NCBI GenBank assembly: GCA_963842525.1
Contig: CAWJGT010000020.1
Span: 64,001-128,000, forward strand
Length of the DNA stretch: 64,000 bases
Direction of reading: 5' to 3'
Source: an uncultured Holophagales bacterium
Lineage (GTDB): Bacteria > Acidobacteriota > Thermoanaerobaculia > Multivoradales > UBA5704
The notes beneath the pieces were generated by a model, which worked only from the letters and a program-made list of their open reading frames with translations, did not search any database and was not told the origin of the DNA. Shown in pieces: positions 61,959-64,000 of this stretch (within the stretch, counting starts at the first letter, position 1; each line of letters opens with the position of its first letter). The position numbers were made by a program, and so were the translations under genes.

Positions 61959-62085
61959 GCCTCTGTCCCTTCCTTTCCCTCCCGCGCACCAGACCTTTTA
62001 GAAGTCGTTCTGAAGGTCTTCGTTCCCCGCGAGCTTACTCGCAGGCCGGCAGGGAGCCGGGCTGCTTCTGTGCGGAGGTAGAATC

Positions 62086-63267
62086 ATGTTCCAGCGGAGG
62101 ATGACGTTCGGTCTCGCGTTGGCCGGCACCGCGCTCGCCTTGGTCGGGGCGGTGGCTCCGGCCAGGGCGCAAGGGAGGATCAAGGTCGGGGACGAGCTGC
62201 CGTACAAGGTCGCGTCCCCCGCGGCCTATCCGACCGGCGCCGCCCATCGCCCGGTCGTCTGGTCCGAGACGGTCGTCTCGCCCGGGGCGACGTTCCTGCG
62301 GCTCCACTTCAACAAGTTCAACCTTCCGGACGGCGATTACCTCACCATCTCCAGCCCGGACGGGGAGGAGTTCTGGACCTACACCGGCAAAGGGCCGCGC
62401 GGCACGGGCGCATTCTGGGCGTTCAGCGTCGAAGGGGACACGGCGGTCCTGGAGCTGCACACCGGCAATCGCCTCGACCGGGCGCGCGCCCGCCGCTTCG
62501 GTCTCGCGGTCGACCGCATCGCCCACGGCACGGCGCCGCTCTATGAAGAGCAGGGCCCGCCGGCCAAGATCATCTGCGGCACGGACGGCCGGCGGGACGC
62601 GGCCTGCTACACCAGCATCAACACGCGGCCGGTGGCGCGGCTGTCGTTCCAGAGCGGCGGCTCCAGCTTCGTCTGCACCGGCTGGCTGGTGGCCGGCTCG
62701 AACAGCAGCACGATGCTGACCAACAACCACTGCGTCGCCAACCAGACCGAGGTCAGCACCGTCCAGGCGCGGTTCAACTACCAGCGCACCACCTGCGGCG
62801 GCACGACCACGGCGAGCTTCACGACCTATGCGGGCGGCACCTTCCTGCGGACCAGCTCGAGCCTCGACTACACGCTCCTGACCCTCCAAGGCAATCCGGA
62901 GGCAACCTGGGGCGAGTACACCGCCACCTCGAAGCTTCCGACGGCGGGCCTGCTCATCAACTTCCCGCAGCATCCGGGCGGCGGCTTGAAGCGGGTCGGC
63001 TTCTGGAAGGACTCGGCCCAGACCCTGCGGTGCGACACCGCTTCGGTGGGCGGCAGCTATGGGTATACCTCGGGCAGCCAGATGGCGTATTCCTGCGACA
63101 GCGAGGGCGGCTCGTCCGGCTCGCCGATCATGGACGCGGGAACGGGCCGGATCATCGGCCTGCACCATCTCGGCGGTGTGGGGGGCGCGACCTGCCTGAA
63201 CGCCGCGACCATGATGAGGAACGTCTGCCCCAACGCCGGCGCGCTCCTGAGCTGCGCCACCAACTGA
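62086..63267 (+). CDS. Secreted trypsin-like (S1) serine protease with N-terminal CUB-like region
   Basis: Signal peptide; CTGWL, LTNNHC, LDYTLL, QHPGG and DSEGGSSGSP motifs. Confidence 0.9.
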   Translation: MFQRRMTFGLALAGTALALVGAVAPARAQGRIKVGDELPYKVASPAAYPTGAAHRPVVWSETVVSPGATFLRLHFNKFNLPDGDYLTISSPDGEEFWTYTGKGPRGTGAFWAFSVEGDTAVLELHTGNRLDRARARRFGLAVDRIAHGTAPLYEEQGPPAKIICGTDGRRDAACYTSINTRPVARLSFQSGGSSFVCTGWLVAGSNSSTMLTNNHCVANQTEVSTVQARFNYQRTTCGGTTTASFTTYAGGTFLRTSSSLDYTLLTLQGNPEATWGEYTATSKLPTAGLLINFPQHPGGGLKRVGFWKDSAQTLRCDTASVGGSYGYTSGSQMAYSCDSEGGSSGSPIMDAGTGRIIGLHHLGGVGGATCLNAATMMRNVCPNAGALLSCATN

Positions 63268-63432
63268 CCAACTGCGATTCCATCATCTGGCAGCCCCTGG
63301 CCTCCGCGCTTCCGGAGACCAGGGGGTGCCATGCTTCCCGTTTCTTGCTCCCGCCCTGTATTCAAGGTACAATCGTAGAATAGCAAGAACAGATATATCA
63401 GAGATATATTGCCAATTCCAAAGGAGAAGGTC

Positions 63433-64000
63433 ATGCCCTCATTAGGAGACTGGCTGGTGACTCGCGGGTGCACGAAGACTGCCGCAATGGTGACCAGGGG
63501 CAGTCAGGTCGTACGGAAGAATTTCCAGTGGAACCCGAACGTCCCGCTGGAGGGCGGGGCACGACACCGCCCGACGTTCAAGGAGCGGTACGGTCTCGAT
63601 CTCGACGAGCGCCGGGGCACCCTCCCAGTGGAACCCGCGGACATCAGCGAGCTCGAGAGCTTTCTCGCCAGGCGGCCCGACGTATTCGGCCTTCCAGCCG
63701 GCCACAAGCTGACCGAGCAGGACAGGACGGACCTCTTCCACGTCCTCGGGCCGCTGAACAATCTGGCGATCAAGGACCTGGTGCTCCCCGAGATAAGGAA
63801 GGAACACACCACGCCCACACCCACGCCGAGACCCACACCTACACCGACACCGAGACCCACACCTACACCGACACCGAGACCCACACCTACACCGACACCG
63901 AGACCCACACCTACACCAACACCGAGACCCACACCTACACCAACACCAATACCAACACCACCAACCCCGCCCAGGCCTTCCCTGGGAGACTGGCTGGCCA
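63433..64000 (+). CDS. Hypothetical protein with Pro/Thr linker, 3' truncated (absent from the ORF track)
   Basis: AAGGAG RBS and ATG at 63433; open to the window end: MPSLGDWLV...(PRPTPTPT)x5...PSLGDWLA. Confidence 0.75.
   Translation, partial: MPSLGDWLVTRGCTKTAAMVTRGSQVVRKNFQWNPNVPLEGGARHRPTFKERYGLDLDERRGTLPVEPADISELESFLARRPDVFGLPAGHKLTEQDRTDLFHVLGPLNNLAIKDLVLPEIRKEHTTPTPTPRPTPTPTPRPTPTPTPRPTPTPTPRPTPTPTPRPTPTPTPIPTPPTPPRPSLGDWLA
63826..63945 (+). repeat. 24-bp coding tandem repeat (~5 copies)
   Basis: ccgagacccacacctacaccgaca-type unit at 63826, 63850, 63874, 63898 and 63922. Confidence 0.9.

Overview
GC-rich bacterial chromosomal segment. Gene content and repeat style suggest Acidobacteriota (possibly Thermoanaerobaculia), but that is inference only. 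The housekeeping backbone comprises suhB, mtnP-surE-pcm-acyP-apt-tRNA-Arg(CCT), a thymidine phosphorylase gene, miaA-hfq, dnaE, a DHH/CBS tRNA nucleotidyltransferase gene, rsmD, ccsA-hemA-hemC, purA and icd. Interspersed are the 3' end of an NRPS, a CheB/CheR-TonB receptor-YfiR-kinase signalling cluster, two VapBC-type TA loci, two Uma2 nucleases, a TIR-TIR-TM protein and secreted beta-propeller/FG-GAP proteins. The most striking feature is a complete, ORF-less group I ribozyme core (P1-P9 pairings readable by eye, 40202-40483). It lies between genes, 17 nt downstream of a Schlafen/AlbA_2-HATPase-SAVED-like fusion gene. Other highlights: a TTA-flanked non-autonomous element with 26-bp terminal inverted repeats carrying a 63-bp tandem array, an abutting 102-bp MITE, a DUF559 nuclease bracketed by long inverted repeats (an empty copy sits in frame inside a gene), and several ~21-bp-period degenerate arrays. 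About eleven +1 frameshifts, some in core genes, look like consensus artefacts.
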